DNA of 54,739 bases. Source: Eledone cirrhosa. Taxonomy: Eukaryota. Below, one piece after another: positions 26,325 through 38,815 of this stretch. The DNA lies in the NCBI GenBank assembly GCA_964016885.1, contig CAXHJY010001686.1, forward strand, positions 1 through 54,739, given 5' to 3'. Position 1 is the first letter of the stretch. Each line of letters starts with the position of its first letter. The notes beneath the pieces are model-generated. The model did not search any database, was not told the origin of the DNA, and saw nothing but the letters and a program-made list of their open reading frames with translations. A program made the translations under genes and the position numbers.

Positions 26325-26433
26325 TGTTATACTCTGCTATGTATTGAGTACCTTACTTACTGTGGTTACCTCCGATTCAACCCGGAATAACGTATATATT
26401 ATATATGTATATATATATATATTATATATATTA

Positions 26434-26576
26434 TATATGAAAGACGTAAAATAAGAAAATTTAAAAAATTAAAAATTAACTTACTTAGTAAAATTTTCAC
26501 TCCACTGGAGTGAAAATTTTACTAAGTAAGTTAATTTTTAATTTTTAAAATTTTCTTATTTTACGTCTTTCATATA
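26434..26576. repeat. Near-perfect palindrome (71-bp arms, 1-nt centre)
   Basis: Centre ttcactcca-c-tggagtgaa at 26505; one mismatch between the arms. Confidence 0.92.
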
Positions 26577-27055
26577 ATTGTTCTGCATCCTCCTGCATTG
26601 AACCACCTAGGTACTATGACATAACCTGTGTATTTGCTAGCATTAGTGTACATCTGTACGCATATGTTGGTAAATATACTAATTCTTTATATATATATTA
26701 TATATGTATATATATATTATATATGTATATATATATATATATTATATATAATATATATATATGCATATATATAATATATATATGTATATATAATATATAT
26801 ATGCATATATCTTATATACATATATAATATATATATGTGTACAGCATCAATAGTGGAGGGGGTGGGTGGGTCCATGAGTTACGTCTGTGTTGTAAGATTT
26901 GTGTAGAAATATGTTTTAGTATTTAGGTTACATGCTTCTGATGCATGTCTGTGTGTGTGTGTGAGAGAGAGAGAGAGTGTGTGTATGTGTGTGTGTGTGA
27001 GAGAGAGAGCGTGTGTGTGTATGTGAGAGAGAGAGTGTGTGAGTGAGTGTGAGTA

Positions 27056-27091
<36 letters not shown>

Positions 27092-27462
27092 TGTGTGTGT
27101 GTAGACGTACATGTAGTAGCTATGAGCAAACAACCATATATTTTCAGCAATTAGCAGTTTCCATAAAGAAGAAATGAGCGGATAAATAAAGAAAAAAGAA
27201 AGAAAAAAATGAAAAAAAAAAAAGTGAAAAAAAAAAAAAGTGAAAAAAAAAATAAATGAAAAAATAAAATAAAAACCCACTAAAATACATGAAATAAATG
27301 AGATTATCAACAAGCCAACATTTAGAAAAAGAAAATATATTTAAAAATGAAGAATTATAAAATATAAATATAGAAAATGTGAAAATAAAATTTTCTGAAA
27401 AGAATATATAGATATTGCACCTCGATCTACAAATAAACAAGTTAGGGTTCTTTAAACACTTC

Positions 27463-27463
27463 C

Positions 27464-27509
<46 letters not shown>

Positions 27510-27752
27510 TATACACACATATATATATATATATATATACACATATATATACACACACATATATATATATATATACACATATATATATACACACACATAT
27601 ATATATATATATACACATATATATACACACATATATATATATATACACACATATATATATATATACACACATATATATACACATACACACATATATATAC
27701 ACACACATATATATATATACATATATATATATATACACACATATATATACAC

Positions 27753-27783
<31 letters not shown>

Positions 27784-27800
27784 TATACACATATATATAT

Positions 27801-27847
<47 letters not shown>

Positions 27848-27946
27848 TATACACACATATATATATATATACACACATATATATATATATATACACACAT
27901 ATATATACACACACATATATATATACATATATATACATATATATAT

Positions 27947-27980
<34 letters not shown>

Positions 27981-28026
27981 GTATACATATATATATATGT
28001 ATGCATATATATATGTATATGTATGC

Positions 28027-28057
<31 letters not shown>

Positions 28058-28116
28058 CATATATATATATGCATGCATATATATATATGCATATATATAT
28101 ATATGTATATGTATGC

Positions 28117-28147
<31 letters not shown>

Positions 28148-28166
28148 CATATATATATATGCATGC

Positions 28167-28200
<34 letters not shown>

Positions 28201-28250
28201 GCATGCATATATATATATGTATACATATATATATATAAATATATGTTTAT
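27463..28250. repeat. Long (TA)n/(TACA) compound microsatellite
   Basis: Direct reading. Confidence 0.97.
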
Positions 28251-29422
28251 ATATTACCTTGCCAAATCAAATGGCTTTTTAAAAATATATTTTATCCCCC
28301 CCCCCCCTCCGTATTATTTCTCTTCCGAAACATTAGGAAAAGTTGCAGAACTTTCTAAGGAATTAACTTTTTAACGAGATTGGGGCTGGGGGGGGGGGGG
28401 GTTAAAGAAATACAGAATAAAATAAAATGTATATATATATATGTATATATATATGTATGTATATATGTATGTATATATATATGTACCAACAACAAATCAA
28501 CACATCCTCCCTCATCACCATCATCATCCCCTCACCACCTTCACCATCCCCACCCCCTCACCACCATTACCCTCACCACCACCTCTATTTACCATGTTTA
28601 CACAAATAAACAAATACACCAATATATAAAAGGGAGAAAGGAAAGAAAGAAAGAGTATAACAACAACAGGTTGTTGTTTAAAGTTGACATGTTAATGACT
28701 TTATATGGGGGGGGGGGGATAGCAGAATGTGTGAGGAGGGGGAGGGTGTGTATGTGTATCAATGTATGTGTGTGTGTATGTAGGCGTATCAATGTATGTA
28801 AAACTGTTTCAATTTTAACTTCCTTGTTTATTTAATCTTATCACTTGTTTTCTTCTAATTTTACTCTAACTTTATCTTTAGTAGTCATTTGAGCACATCT
28901 CTCTCTCTCTCTCTGTATATATATCGCTGTATATATATATATATGTGTGTGTATATATATAGAAAGCACTAATAAAACAAATTAACTGATTACTGACTAA
29001 TTGGTCTCGTTATCAGCTGATACCAATTATCTATAATGTAATTAGGTATTGTGACATGAAAATGCGTATTATAATTGTAACATGAAAATGTGAAATGTAT
29101 ATTTTAATTAATAGTAAATAAAATGTTATATTTCATAATTAATCACAATTATGGAGCTATTATTTAAAAGTACATTATTTAGGAATCAGTTATATTTTGA
29201 AAATGGAAAAATGCTCAGTTTTTACAGTTTAAGTTTATGTATTTTATGTTTTCTTGAAGAAAGTTAAGATAACAGAAATTATTATTACTGGGAATTTTTT
29301 GAATACCTTTAAATAAACATGTAATTGGAGTTTTTATAACCTTTAAATTCATATCTTTTTAAAAGATCAATTAAACACACATCATCTCAGGTGAAGGAAG
29401 GTCTCTCTTACCTTATTACCCT

Positions 29423-29640
29423 TTAACCCTTTAGCATTTAAACCGGCCAGAATTCTCTCACTTCTTTCTGTTCAAACTGGCTTTAACTGGTTACTCATAC
29501 TGATGTTAAGGTATAGTTCTCAAAATAAATAATATTAAAATCCCATAGATTTGATAATATGTGAGATACTACGTGTGATAAAGCTTTTACTGTGAAAATA
29601 CAACAGTATATATAGAGTAATGTAAATGCTAAAGGGTTAA
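29423..29640 (+). mobile_element. piggyBac-type MITE, best-preserved copy
   Basis: TTAA at 29423-29426 and 29637-29640; perfect 14-bp TIR CCCTTTAGCATTTA/TAAATGCTAAAGGG. Confidence 0.85.
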
Positions 29641-30111
29641 CCTACAAGGAGATATGTCACCTGAGCAGTCCAAACATTGGATAAAACAACCAGATGGAAT
29701 GCACCCAATATTCCTATAAAGTGGCTGATAAATAAACTGAGGTAACATACAGTAGAGAGGGCCTTTTGGTCTTGTTGAGGACTTGACAACCTCTCTACTG
29801 TTGGTGCCATGGTAAAACACACCTAGTACACTCTCTAAAATGGTTGACAGAGTCAAGTATGGCTGACACAATCACATGTAGACAGTGATGTGTTAATGTT
29901 GGTGCAACAGTGCAATAAAGCCAGTGCAATAAAGCCAGTGCAGTGTGTAAAAGGTAAGGTGGTTGGTGCAGTGTTAAGGAAGGTTGCCAATAATAGACAT
30001 TATGCCAAAATATGAAATGTATGAATGAACAAGACGTGGTTATCCAACCATGGCTTCCTCTCTACTCTCATGACTCACCTAACCAGTGCCAGCATGAAAA
30101 ATGGGCATAAC

Positions 30112-30465
30112 ATGATGATTATGATGGTGGTGATGGTGGCGATGGTAGTGGTGGTGGTGGTAGTGGTAGTGGTGGTGATGATGGTAGTGGTGGTGATGGT
30201 GATAGTAGTGATGGTGGTGGTAGTGGTGGTGATGATGGTAGTGGTGGTGGTAGTGATGGTAGTGATGGTGGTGGTAGTGATGGTGGTGGTAGTGGTGGTG
30301 GTGGTAGTGGTAGTGGTGGTGGTGGTAGTGGTGGTGATGATGGTGGTGATGGTAATGATGGTGATAGTAGTGATGGTGGTGGTAGTGGTGGTGATGGTGA
30401 TGATGGTGGTGGTGGTGGTGATGATGGTGATGATGGTGGTGGTGGTGGCAGTGGTGATGATGAAG
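30112..30465. repeat. (GGT/GAT)n repeat
   Basis: Direct reading. Confidence 0.95.
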
Positions 30466-31283
30466 GTATTCTCTCTGATGGTGATGGTGTCAGCGATGAT
30501 TGTGTTTCACGGTCTGTGATTCAAACACACATTTATACACACACACACTAACACACACACACACACACACATACTGTAAACTACACAACACATCCAATAC
30601 AGTCATTTTCTCTTCTACTGGTCTCCTCTTATCTGTTTACCTGGGCAATGCTGGGTACCTCAGCTAGTAAATAAATAAACAAACACCAAAATGGTGACTA
30701 ATAGAGAAAGTTATCATTTATTGTAAACACCAAAGTATCAAACATCATCCAGCAACAATTCCTGGTCTTGTACTTAGAATGACTAACCATTACCTATCAA
30801 CAGTGTACAGTATATCACACTTAGACAACCCCCTTCTCTACCTCACTACTTGCTTCTTACATCTTTTCTTTGATATATCTTATAAGTGCCTGCTTTTTTT
30901 CTGAGAGGTTGTCTGCTGCTTAAATTATGGATATATTTTATTAGACATCTGATATTTCTCTCCAGTAAACATTGGCCCTATCTTTCTTGTGGTTTTCAGT
31001 CAACGAAGCTTTATCTAGAAACAGAAATATCTCTGTTGCACATATAGTGAATATTTTACAGAAATCGTCTCACCACACAACTTTATCCAATGCTGTTAAA
31101 ACTGGCAACACAGAAACTAAAACTACCATTAAACTTTTTATTTGCTTATCATTGGCCTTATGTATGAATGTATGTAAAACAGAGGTATGCATAGATATAT
31201 CACACAGGTATATACATACATATATACATGTATATATATACATATAAATATACATATAAATATACATATAAAGATACATATAT

Positions 31284-33116
31284 ATCATCATCATCACCGT
31301 TTTACGTCCGTTCTTCCACGCTAGCATGGGTTAGACGGGTTGTCCTGTTGTGGGCAGTGTCTGGTCGGCTGACCATGCCTTGCTCATACAGGAACTGATC
31401 TGGCTTGATTTCTACAGCTGGATGCCCTTCCTAACACCAACCTCATTTACAGTGAGTGCTGGGTGCTTTTTCGTGGCGCCTACACGTCCACTTTACAGTG
31501 TGGGCTGGGTGCTTTTTTGCCGTGGCACCTCCACGACCACCTTGCGGTGGGGGGGGGGGGGGGGGGCATATTGTTTATATGCTTCAGCATGTACCCATGG
31601 GAGGTCGGGTACCCTGTATTACTGCGTGACGCCAGAAGTCACGGTCGTGTGTCATTGACTTTGAGAGGTGTAGTTGGGTAAGGTCGGCTTTTATCACCTC
31701 ATCCCAAGTCATCTTGGGTCTCCCCACTCCGCGGTTTCCATCAACTTCTAGTGCTCTGCACCTTTTTATGCAGCTGTCATCCTTCATACGCATCACATGT
31801 CCATACCAGCGTAACCGCCTCTCCTGCACGCAGCATTTGATTCCTCTTATGCTCAGTCTCTCTCTCAATTCATTTATGCTTTGTCGTTCACGTATATTAC
31901 TGTTACACATCCATCGGAGCATGCAGGCTTCGTTTCTCTCTAATCTACGTAAGTCTTCCACCTTCAGCGCCCAGGTCTCACTACCATGCAACATCGCTGT
32001 TCGGATACACGCATCATACAGTCTGCCTTTCATTCTGAGGGAGAAGCCTTTTGCAGCTAGCAGTGGTAGTAGTTCCCTAAACTTCTTCCATCCCGTTCTT
32101 ACCCTAGTTATTGTACTTTCTGAGCACCCACCTCCGTTGCTAATTCGGTCACCTAGGTAGCAGAAGCTGTCTACTGTTTCTACAGGGCCCTCCCAGAGAT
32201 TGGTGGTACTTGTTTCCTGTGGCTGTTTGCTTGCTGTTTCAGCACAGCTGCTGCATGTGAATCCTACATTCTTAATTAAGCTTCCTGAGATCCCGCTACA
32301 TCTCTTGTGTACCCATTGTTTGCATTTGGGGCAAAGAATGGAGTTCCTACCTACACCTTTCCTACATACTGAGCAAGGCCATTTCCCTGAGGGGATCTGG
32401 GTTCTGTTTTCTCGTCTACTTATAAGGACCTTAGTCTTTGTCATGTTGACTTTGAGGCCCTTTCTCTCTAGTCCCTGCTTCCAGGTTTGGAATTTATTCT
32501 CTAGTTCTACCATAGATTCAGCTATGAGTGCGAGGTCATCAGCATACAGGAGTTCCCATGGGCATCCGGTCTTAAACTCCTCCGTTATTGCCTGCAGGAC
32601 TATGATGAACAGGAGAGGGCTAAGAACAGAGCCCTGGTGGACCCCAACCTGTACGCTAAATTCCTCGCTATACTCATTGCCAATCCTAACTTTGCTGACT
32701 GCTCCCCTATACATGGCTTGTACCGCTTTCACAAGCCATTCATCTACTCCTAGTTTTCTAAGAGCCCACCAGATTACTGCACGTGGAACTCTGTCAAAGG
32801 CTTTCTCAAGGTCGACAAATGCCAAGTAGAGTGGCTTACTTTTAGCTAGGTACTTTTCCTGTAATTGCCTCACAAGGAAGAGCGCATCAGTGGTGCCTTT
32901 CCCTGGTACAAACCCAAATTGCATCTCGTCTATATTCACCCGGTCCCTAATCAGCTGTGCTATAACTCTTTCTGTTACTTTCATGACCTGGTCCATCAAC
33001 TTTATACCTCTATAGTTTCCTCTATCTAGTGCATCGCCTTTACCTTTGTAGCAGTTGACAATGATGCTACTGCACCAATCTTTTGGTATGGCCCCCTCTA
33101 GTATTACCTGGTTAAC
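31284..33116 (-). mobile_element. 5'-truncated RTE-clade non-LTR retrotransposon
   Basis: RT ORF, ~300-bp 3' UTR and (GAT)n tail; candidate TSD GATACATATA at 31273-31282 and 33117-33126. Confidence 0.95.
31584..33116 (-). CDS. RTE reverse transcriptase (N-terminally truncated, no endonuclease) with internal PHD-type zinc finger
   Basis: Motifs [37 protein letters not shown] (32535-32546), [18 protein letters not shown]. The ORF track's extension to 33581 is only (TA)n read-through. Confidence 0.93.
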   Translation of the reverse strand, partial: VNQVILEGAIPKDWCSSIIVNCYKGKGDALDRGNYRGIKLMDQVMKVTERVIAQLIRDRVNIDEMQFGFVPGKGTTDALFLVRQLQEKYLAKSKPLYLAFVDLEKAFDRVPRAVIWWALRKLGVDEWLVKAVQAMYRGAVSKVRIGNEYSEEFSVQVGVHQGSVLSPLLFIIVLQAITEEFKTGCPWELLYADDLALIAESMVELENKFQTWKQGLERKGLKVNMTKTKVLISRRENRTQIPSGKWPCSVCRKGVGRNSILCPKCKQWVHKRCSGISGSLIKNVGFTCSSCAETASKQPQETSTTNLWEGPVETVDSFCYLGDRISNGGGCSESTITRVRTGWKKFRELLPLLAAKGFSLRMKGRLYDACIRTAMLHGSETWALKVEDLRRLERNEACMLRWMCNSNIRERQSINELRERLSIRGIKCCVQERRLRWYGHVMRMKDDSCIKRCRALEVDGNRGVGRPKMTWDEVIKADLTQLHLSKSMTHDRDFWRHAVIQGTRPPMGTC

Positions 33117-33127
33117 GATACATATAA

Positions 33128-33211
<84 letters not shown>

Positions 33212-33535
33212 ATATACACACATATATATATACATATAAATATACATATATATATATATATATATAAATATACATATATATATATACATATAAATATACA
33301 TATATATATATACATATAAATATACATATATATATATACATATAAATATACATATATATATATATACATATAAATATACATATAAATATACATATATATA
33401 TATATACATATAAATATACACATATAAATATACATATATATATATATATATACATATAAATATACACACATATATATATATATACATATAAATATACATA
33501 TATATATATATGCGTATATATATATATAACACATA
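33117..33535. repeat. (TA)n/CATATAAATATA compound microsatellite
   Basis: Direct reading. Confidence 0.95.
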
Positions 33536-33897
33536 TGCATGAACTATACAAAATATCACAGCAATACACACACACATACATACATACACATCACAACTGC
33601 ACACAAACATTATGTTACACACACACACACACACACACAATGCAGATATAAGACACACTTGTATATTAATGGTATACAAGGATATATACACAAGTTTAAT
33701 GTGAGATCAAATACATAGAAAACTTAAATTTTATATACATAGACACACACCAGGTTATACCTACATACATATATATACAGGCAAGTATATAGACATATAC
33801 ACACACAATATATAATCAAACATGTAAACACATACATGTTCAACAATAAACATATATACATAATTAAGATATATATATATATATATATATATATAAC

Positions 33898-33940
<43 letters not shown>

Positions 33941-34008
33941 CACACACAAAAACAAGATGGCGTAGGACAGAACAAAGGAGAGGCACAAAACAATGAAAAG
34001 AATCCCCA

Positions 34009-34051
34009 GTCACTGAAGAGGTCACAGAATGTGTGACGAAAGAACTTTGAC
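34009..34051 (+). ncRNA. Minimal type I hammerhead ribozyme motif (family 3)
   Basis: GTCA CTGAAGA g GTCACA-gaatg-TGTGAC GAAA GAAC TT TGAC: 4-bp stem I, 6-bp stem II, CUU site. Confidence 0.72.
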
Positions 34052-34197
34052 AATATATGAACAACCGTCCGGTTCTGGAACCAACCAACCAACCGGAAAT
34101 TAATAAATTCTTAAATTTATAAATTTAATTTATAATAAATTGGAGTGAAAGCAACTGGTGCGTGTGTTTCTTACTGGCAACATGACCCTCCCAAAGC

Positions 34198-34262
<65 letters not shown>

Positions 34263-34414
34263 AATATACATACATGGGTGTGTATGATTGTGTATAGAAG
34301 ATTATATTAATAAAAGGAATTCCAACTTTGTCTGATTTACTCGTTTTATTTACAATCCTTTAAAATTATAATGATATTATAATGAAATAGTATGGTAGAA
34401 TATTAAATGCTAAT

Positions 34415-34453
34415 TGAACAAGTACTTTCATGCTTTCGCAATCTTCAGGTTCA
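34415..34453 (-). ncRNA. Minimal type I hammerhead ribozyme motif (family 2)
   Basis: Exact reverse complement of 34527-34565. Confidence 0.72.
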
Positions 34454-34526
34454 TATTATGTGGTGATAGTCAAGTTTGCAATTTTCAACTGTTGAAAATT
34501 GCAAACTTGACTATCACCACAGAATA

Positions 34527-34565
34527 TGAACCTGAAGATTGCGAAAGCATGAAAGTACTTGTTCA
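34527..34565 (+). ncRNA. Minimal type I hammerhead ribozyme motif (family 2)
   Basis: TGAAC CTGAAGA tTGC-GAAA-GCAt GAAA GTAC TT GTTCA: 5-bp stem I, GNRA-capped stem II, palindromic AGTACT stem III. Confidence 0.75.
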
Positions 34566-34663
34566 ATTAGCATTTAATATTCTACCATACTATTTCATTA
34601 TAATTTTAAAGGATTGTAAATAAAACGAGTAAATCAGACAAAGTTGGAATTCCTTTTATTAAC

Positions 34664-34696
<33 letters not shown>

Positions 34697-34914
34697 ATCA
34701 CCCACCAAACACACACACACACATATATATATATATAACACAGACAAAGTATTACCTTCACATACTACATACACATACATAAACACACATACACATGCAT
34801 ACAGTGAATAGTCAAACACATACACAAGCATACAGCAAATATATAAATACATACATGCACAGACACACATACATATACACAAATACATACATACAGCCAA
34901 TAAATGATCAAAAT

Positions 34915-35252
34915 TACACACACACACATATATCTACACACACAAATATACACAGATATCTACACACACAAATATACACAGATATCTACACACACAAATA
35001 TACACAGATATCTACACACACAAATATACACATATATCTACACACACAAATATACACAAATATCTACACACACAAATATACACACACATATATCTACATA
35101 TATCTACACACACAAATATACACATATATCTACACACAAAAATATACAGATATATCTACACACAAATATACACATATATCTACACACACAAATATACAGA
35201 TATATCTACACACATATATCTACATATATCTACACACACAAATATACACAAA
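34915..35252. repeat. ~24-bp minisatellite
   Basis: Unit TATCTACACACACAAATATACACA(G/T)A. Confidence 0.93.
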
Positions 35253-35546
35253 TCCACAGCAAATTCTCAAAAACAGAAAATAACTACATTGATTGTATAT
35301 ATAACAGCTGCCAGAATTTCCCAGACTCCAAGATTGGGGAAACACTGTGTGTGTATGATAAAACAGTGTGTAGCTGTGGTATTTCTGTGCAGTATGTATA
35401 CGTACACACAATGTGTGTGTGTGTGTGTGTGTATGCTGTGCATGCATTATATATATTTCTGTGTGTTTTGAAATAAACACTCACTGTATGTGTAAGTGTG
35501 GATATGTGTGTGCACTTACACATGCATATATATACACACACACACG

Positions 35547-35583
<37 letters not shown>

Positions 35584-35653
35584 CTATGTGTTTCGGAATA
35601 AAATTTCACTGTATGTGTGAGTGTATATATGTGTATATGGGTGTGCTTGTGCA

Positions 35654-35702
<49 letters not shown>

Positions 35703-35763
35703 CATATATATATATATACATGCTAGCATGGAAGATAGACATTAAATGAAGATGATGATGATG

Positions 35764-35794
<31 letters not shown>

Positions 35795-36057
35795 TATATA
35801 TTCTAGTGTGTTTTGAAATAAACTCTCATTGTAAATTCATGTGTGTGTACATGTATGTAAATATACATGTGTGTGTGTGTGTGTATGTGGATGGGTGAGT
35901 GTGGATGTGAGTGTGGATGTGCGTGCGTGCGTGTGTGTGTGTGTATCCAGTCACAATCAGTGATATTATCACATATTTATATCCAGGAAGCTCCAACCGT
36001 TAAGGTTGCATTTTTTCAGGGTATGTCAATATTTATTTATAAAACTAATCTGTATTA

Positions 36058-36123
36058 TATTTTATCTGATGAAAGCGCACCATAATCTGCCTTGGTGGCC
36101 CTTGAAATATGTATAATAAAATA
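36058..36123 (+). ncRNA. Minimal type I hammerhead ribozyme motif (family 1)
   Basis: TATTTTAT CTGATGA AAGCGCACCA...TGGTGGCCCTT GAAA TATGTA TA ATAAAATA. Confidence 0.72.
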
Positions 36124-36167
36124 AATATGGTTTTATAAATATAGTTTCCATTTGTTAATATATTGTA

Positions 36168-36224
<57 letters not shown>

Positions 36225-36326
36225 GATATATATATATATATATGTTAAAACAGAAAACAAAAACAATAACGAAGAGTGCAATACAAAGTGTGAGTATTAG
36301 GTTCACGCTTGAGAGTGGGGGTGGTG

Positions 36327-36360
36327 GATGACGTTTTGGGCATAAGTCCTTCATCAGGAG
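36327..36360 (-). ncRNA. Decayed hammerhead-like motif
   Basis: Minus strand CTGATGA a GGAC-ttat-GCCC AAAAC GTC; GAAAC appears mutated to AAAAC and stem I is not evident. Confidence 0.4.
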
Positions 36361-36504
36361 AAATGTGGGAAGGAAAAGAGTTCCGAGGTGTGAGGGGGAG
36401 TGGTGGAAAGACATAGTAATAATAATAAATGTGAAGATTAAAGTCCAAAGAGCGCTCGATTAGGATAAATATATATCAGATATTTAACCATAGAGCAAAG
36501 ATTT

Positions 36505-37250
36505 ATTAAAATAACAGATTAAAGTTTAAGTAAAGAATCACTGCTTTCACCCTTAACGGGATCTTCTGAAATACTATATATATTCCTTTTATTAGAAATC
36601 ATGTGGAAAGTTCTTATGTATGAAACAGTATTTCCAGGGTCTTGGCATTGCAAAGATCACACAGTCTTTTATTTCCATTATTTGATCTAGCTTTAGCTAA
36701 GATCTATGTGTAACCTGTATCAATGTGATTATCTTTTAAATTCCAGATATAGGCTGAAAGTGAAGTCATATTTCTTTTTAAATTGTTACAAAATAAATGA
36801 GAGTGCATGTATAGACGTTGTTTAAATCTATTGGCTGTTAGCCCTTACTAGTAGTGGGTATATTAACCTTGTATAAACTATATTGCTTGATAGATATTTC
36901 CCGGCTAGAGGGTTGTAGTCTCTATTGCTAGATAGATTACAACTAACTACTGGATTGTTTTATATTACTACAGCGAGGTAATTTAGCTAAATTAGATGCA
37001 GTGATGTTATGTACAAGATTGGGAGTTGTGGAACAGGATATTTTAACTGTGTTTCTATTAAAACGTTTGTGACATTTATGTCCATCGCCAGAGAATGTCT
37101 TCACATAAAACCATTATTTCTTCCTGTTTTCTTTTGATTACAATATCTTTTTAAAATATTTACTTCTGAGTCTACAGATTGATTTTTCTCAGTTTCAGAA
37201 GATCCCGTAATAGAGTGAACGCAGAAATCTTTGCTTAAACTTTAATCTGT
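36505..37250 (-). mobile_element. Decayed Penelope-like element with inverted terminal (pLTR-like) segments
   Basis: GIY-YIG remnant inside; 36512-36572 and 37190-37250 are inverted copies (tttcagaagatcccgt...ctt(a/g)cttaaactttaatctgt). Confidence 0.82.
36613..37080 (-). pseudogene. Penelope linker plus GIY-YIG endonuclease remnant
   Basis: Manual translation across frameshifts: HKCHKRFNRNTVKISCSTTPNL...CN...PLAGKYLSSNIVY...GLTANRFKQRLYMHSHLF..KRNMTSLSAYIWNLKDN...*ILAKARS..KRLCDLCNAKTLEIL. Confidence 0.85.
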
Positions 37251-37284
37251 ACTACTACTACTACTACTACTCTATATATATATG

Positions 37285-37316
<32 letters not shown>

Positions 37317-37318
37317 TG

Positions 37319-37381
<63 letters not shown>

Positions 37382-38007
37382 ATGTTAGGTTGTTTTACCA
37401 AAATATGTATAGTGTTTGCATAGAATTAAATTATAAATATATATACACATATAAATATATTATATATATATATACACTCACACGTTATGTGTGTATATAC
37501 ATATATAAAGAAAAGGAAGAAATCAAGCATGATTATGATAAATACTTTTAATTTCCCACAAAAACAAACAACCCACCTCTCCCTTCTCTCCACCCCCTAC
37601 AACAGAAATAAACTATAAAAGTTGAAATTAAAAGCAAATTTTACAAACAAAACAACAACAGCAATAAAATAGAACAAAAACAATCCTTCTAAAAGAAAGA
37701 CAATAAATATACTAAAATATGGGAAGGCCATTCATTATGTTGGGTTGTATGTGATTGTTTCCCCACACCTCACCCTGTTCCCAACCCCCACTTTACACTG
37801 GATTTATTTATGAGAAAAGTATGATGTCATTGAAAGACTGAAAGCCAATAAATTATTTTACAAAGTTCCTCGCTACACCATCCACATACTCCCACCCACA
37901 GCTAACCAAATCTTTTGTTTTTTTCTTTCTATTGGGTAATTTTGTTGATGTGTATGTAGGTGTGTGTGGTTACATCATTGGACAGGTTAAACAAATCTGA
38001 GACATCA

Positions 38008-38082
<75 letters not shown>

Positions 38083-38180
38083 TCTAAATTCAAAATAGTG
38101 TTTTATCACACACACCAACCCTTACTAGCAGAGCAAAGGACATTAAATGACAATGATGGTGGTGATGATAATAATGATGG

Positions 38181-38211
<31 letters not shown>

Positions 38212-38216
38212 TCAGC

Positions 38217-38418
38217 AGTAAATATTATTAGTTTAGCAGAAAATATTCTTAGTACAGCAGAAAATATTCTTAGTACAGCAGAAAATATTCTTAGTTCAGG
38301 AGAAAATATTCTTAGTTCAGCAGTTAATATTCTTAGTTCAGCAGAAAATATTCTTAGTTCAGCAGTTAATATTCTTAGTTCAGCAGAAAATATTCTTAGT
38401 ACAGTAGTAAATATTTTA
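38217..38418. repeat. 21-bp minisatellite
   Basis: Unit GCAGAAAATATTCTTAGT(T/A)CA. Confidence 0.93.
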
Positions 38419-38431
38419 ACTTCACAGTAAA

Positions 38432-38612
38432 CATGGCAGAGTTTGTAGAATATTGGACTAATACTTAGTAATATTTCTTCTGGATCATTTATGTTTGGAA
38501 TTTAAATCTTGTCCAGGTCAACTTTACCTTTCAAGGTCAATAAAATAAAGTACCAGTAATATACTGGTTTAGATTTAAACAACTTTCCTCTCCCCACACA
38601 ATTAGAAATCAT
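38432..38612 (+). mobile_element. Degraded SINE family A
   Basis: aggtcaactttacctttcaaggtcaataaaataaagtaccagtaatatactgg core. Confidence 0.7.
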
Positions 38613-38691
38613 ACTTTTCCTACTGTATCAAGTGTTAAACTAATATATTTCTCAATTGTACTGTGTTGTTTGTTTTGCCGTTTACTTTTTG

Positions 38692-38749
<58 letters not shown>

Positions 38750-38815
38750 CCTGGTAAAACTTGAACCGTTAAGATCTCATTCCTGGATATGTCAATATTT
38801 ATAAAACACTCTTTG

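Larger units (their letters stand above)
34307..34662. repeat. Large palindrome (~172-bp arms, 1-nt centre at 34490) of hammerhead family 2 repeat
   Basis: Arms differ by one substitution and an 11-nt duplication in the left arm. Confidence 0.93.

Noticed and set aside
31000-31184. Plus-strand exon candidate (ttttcag ... GAG|gtatgc)
   Set aside because: AT-rich, no recognisable homology, and no supporting neighbouring exons; such signals arise by chance.
31714-32829. Plus-strand 148-aa and 209-aa ORFs
   Set aside because: Antisense shadows of the RT coding frame.
33117-33581. N-terminal part of the 665-aa ORF
   Set aside because: (TA)n read-through (YIYI); RT homology begins near IVNQV.
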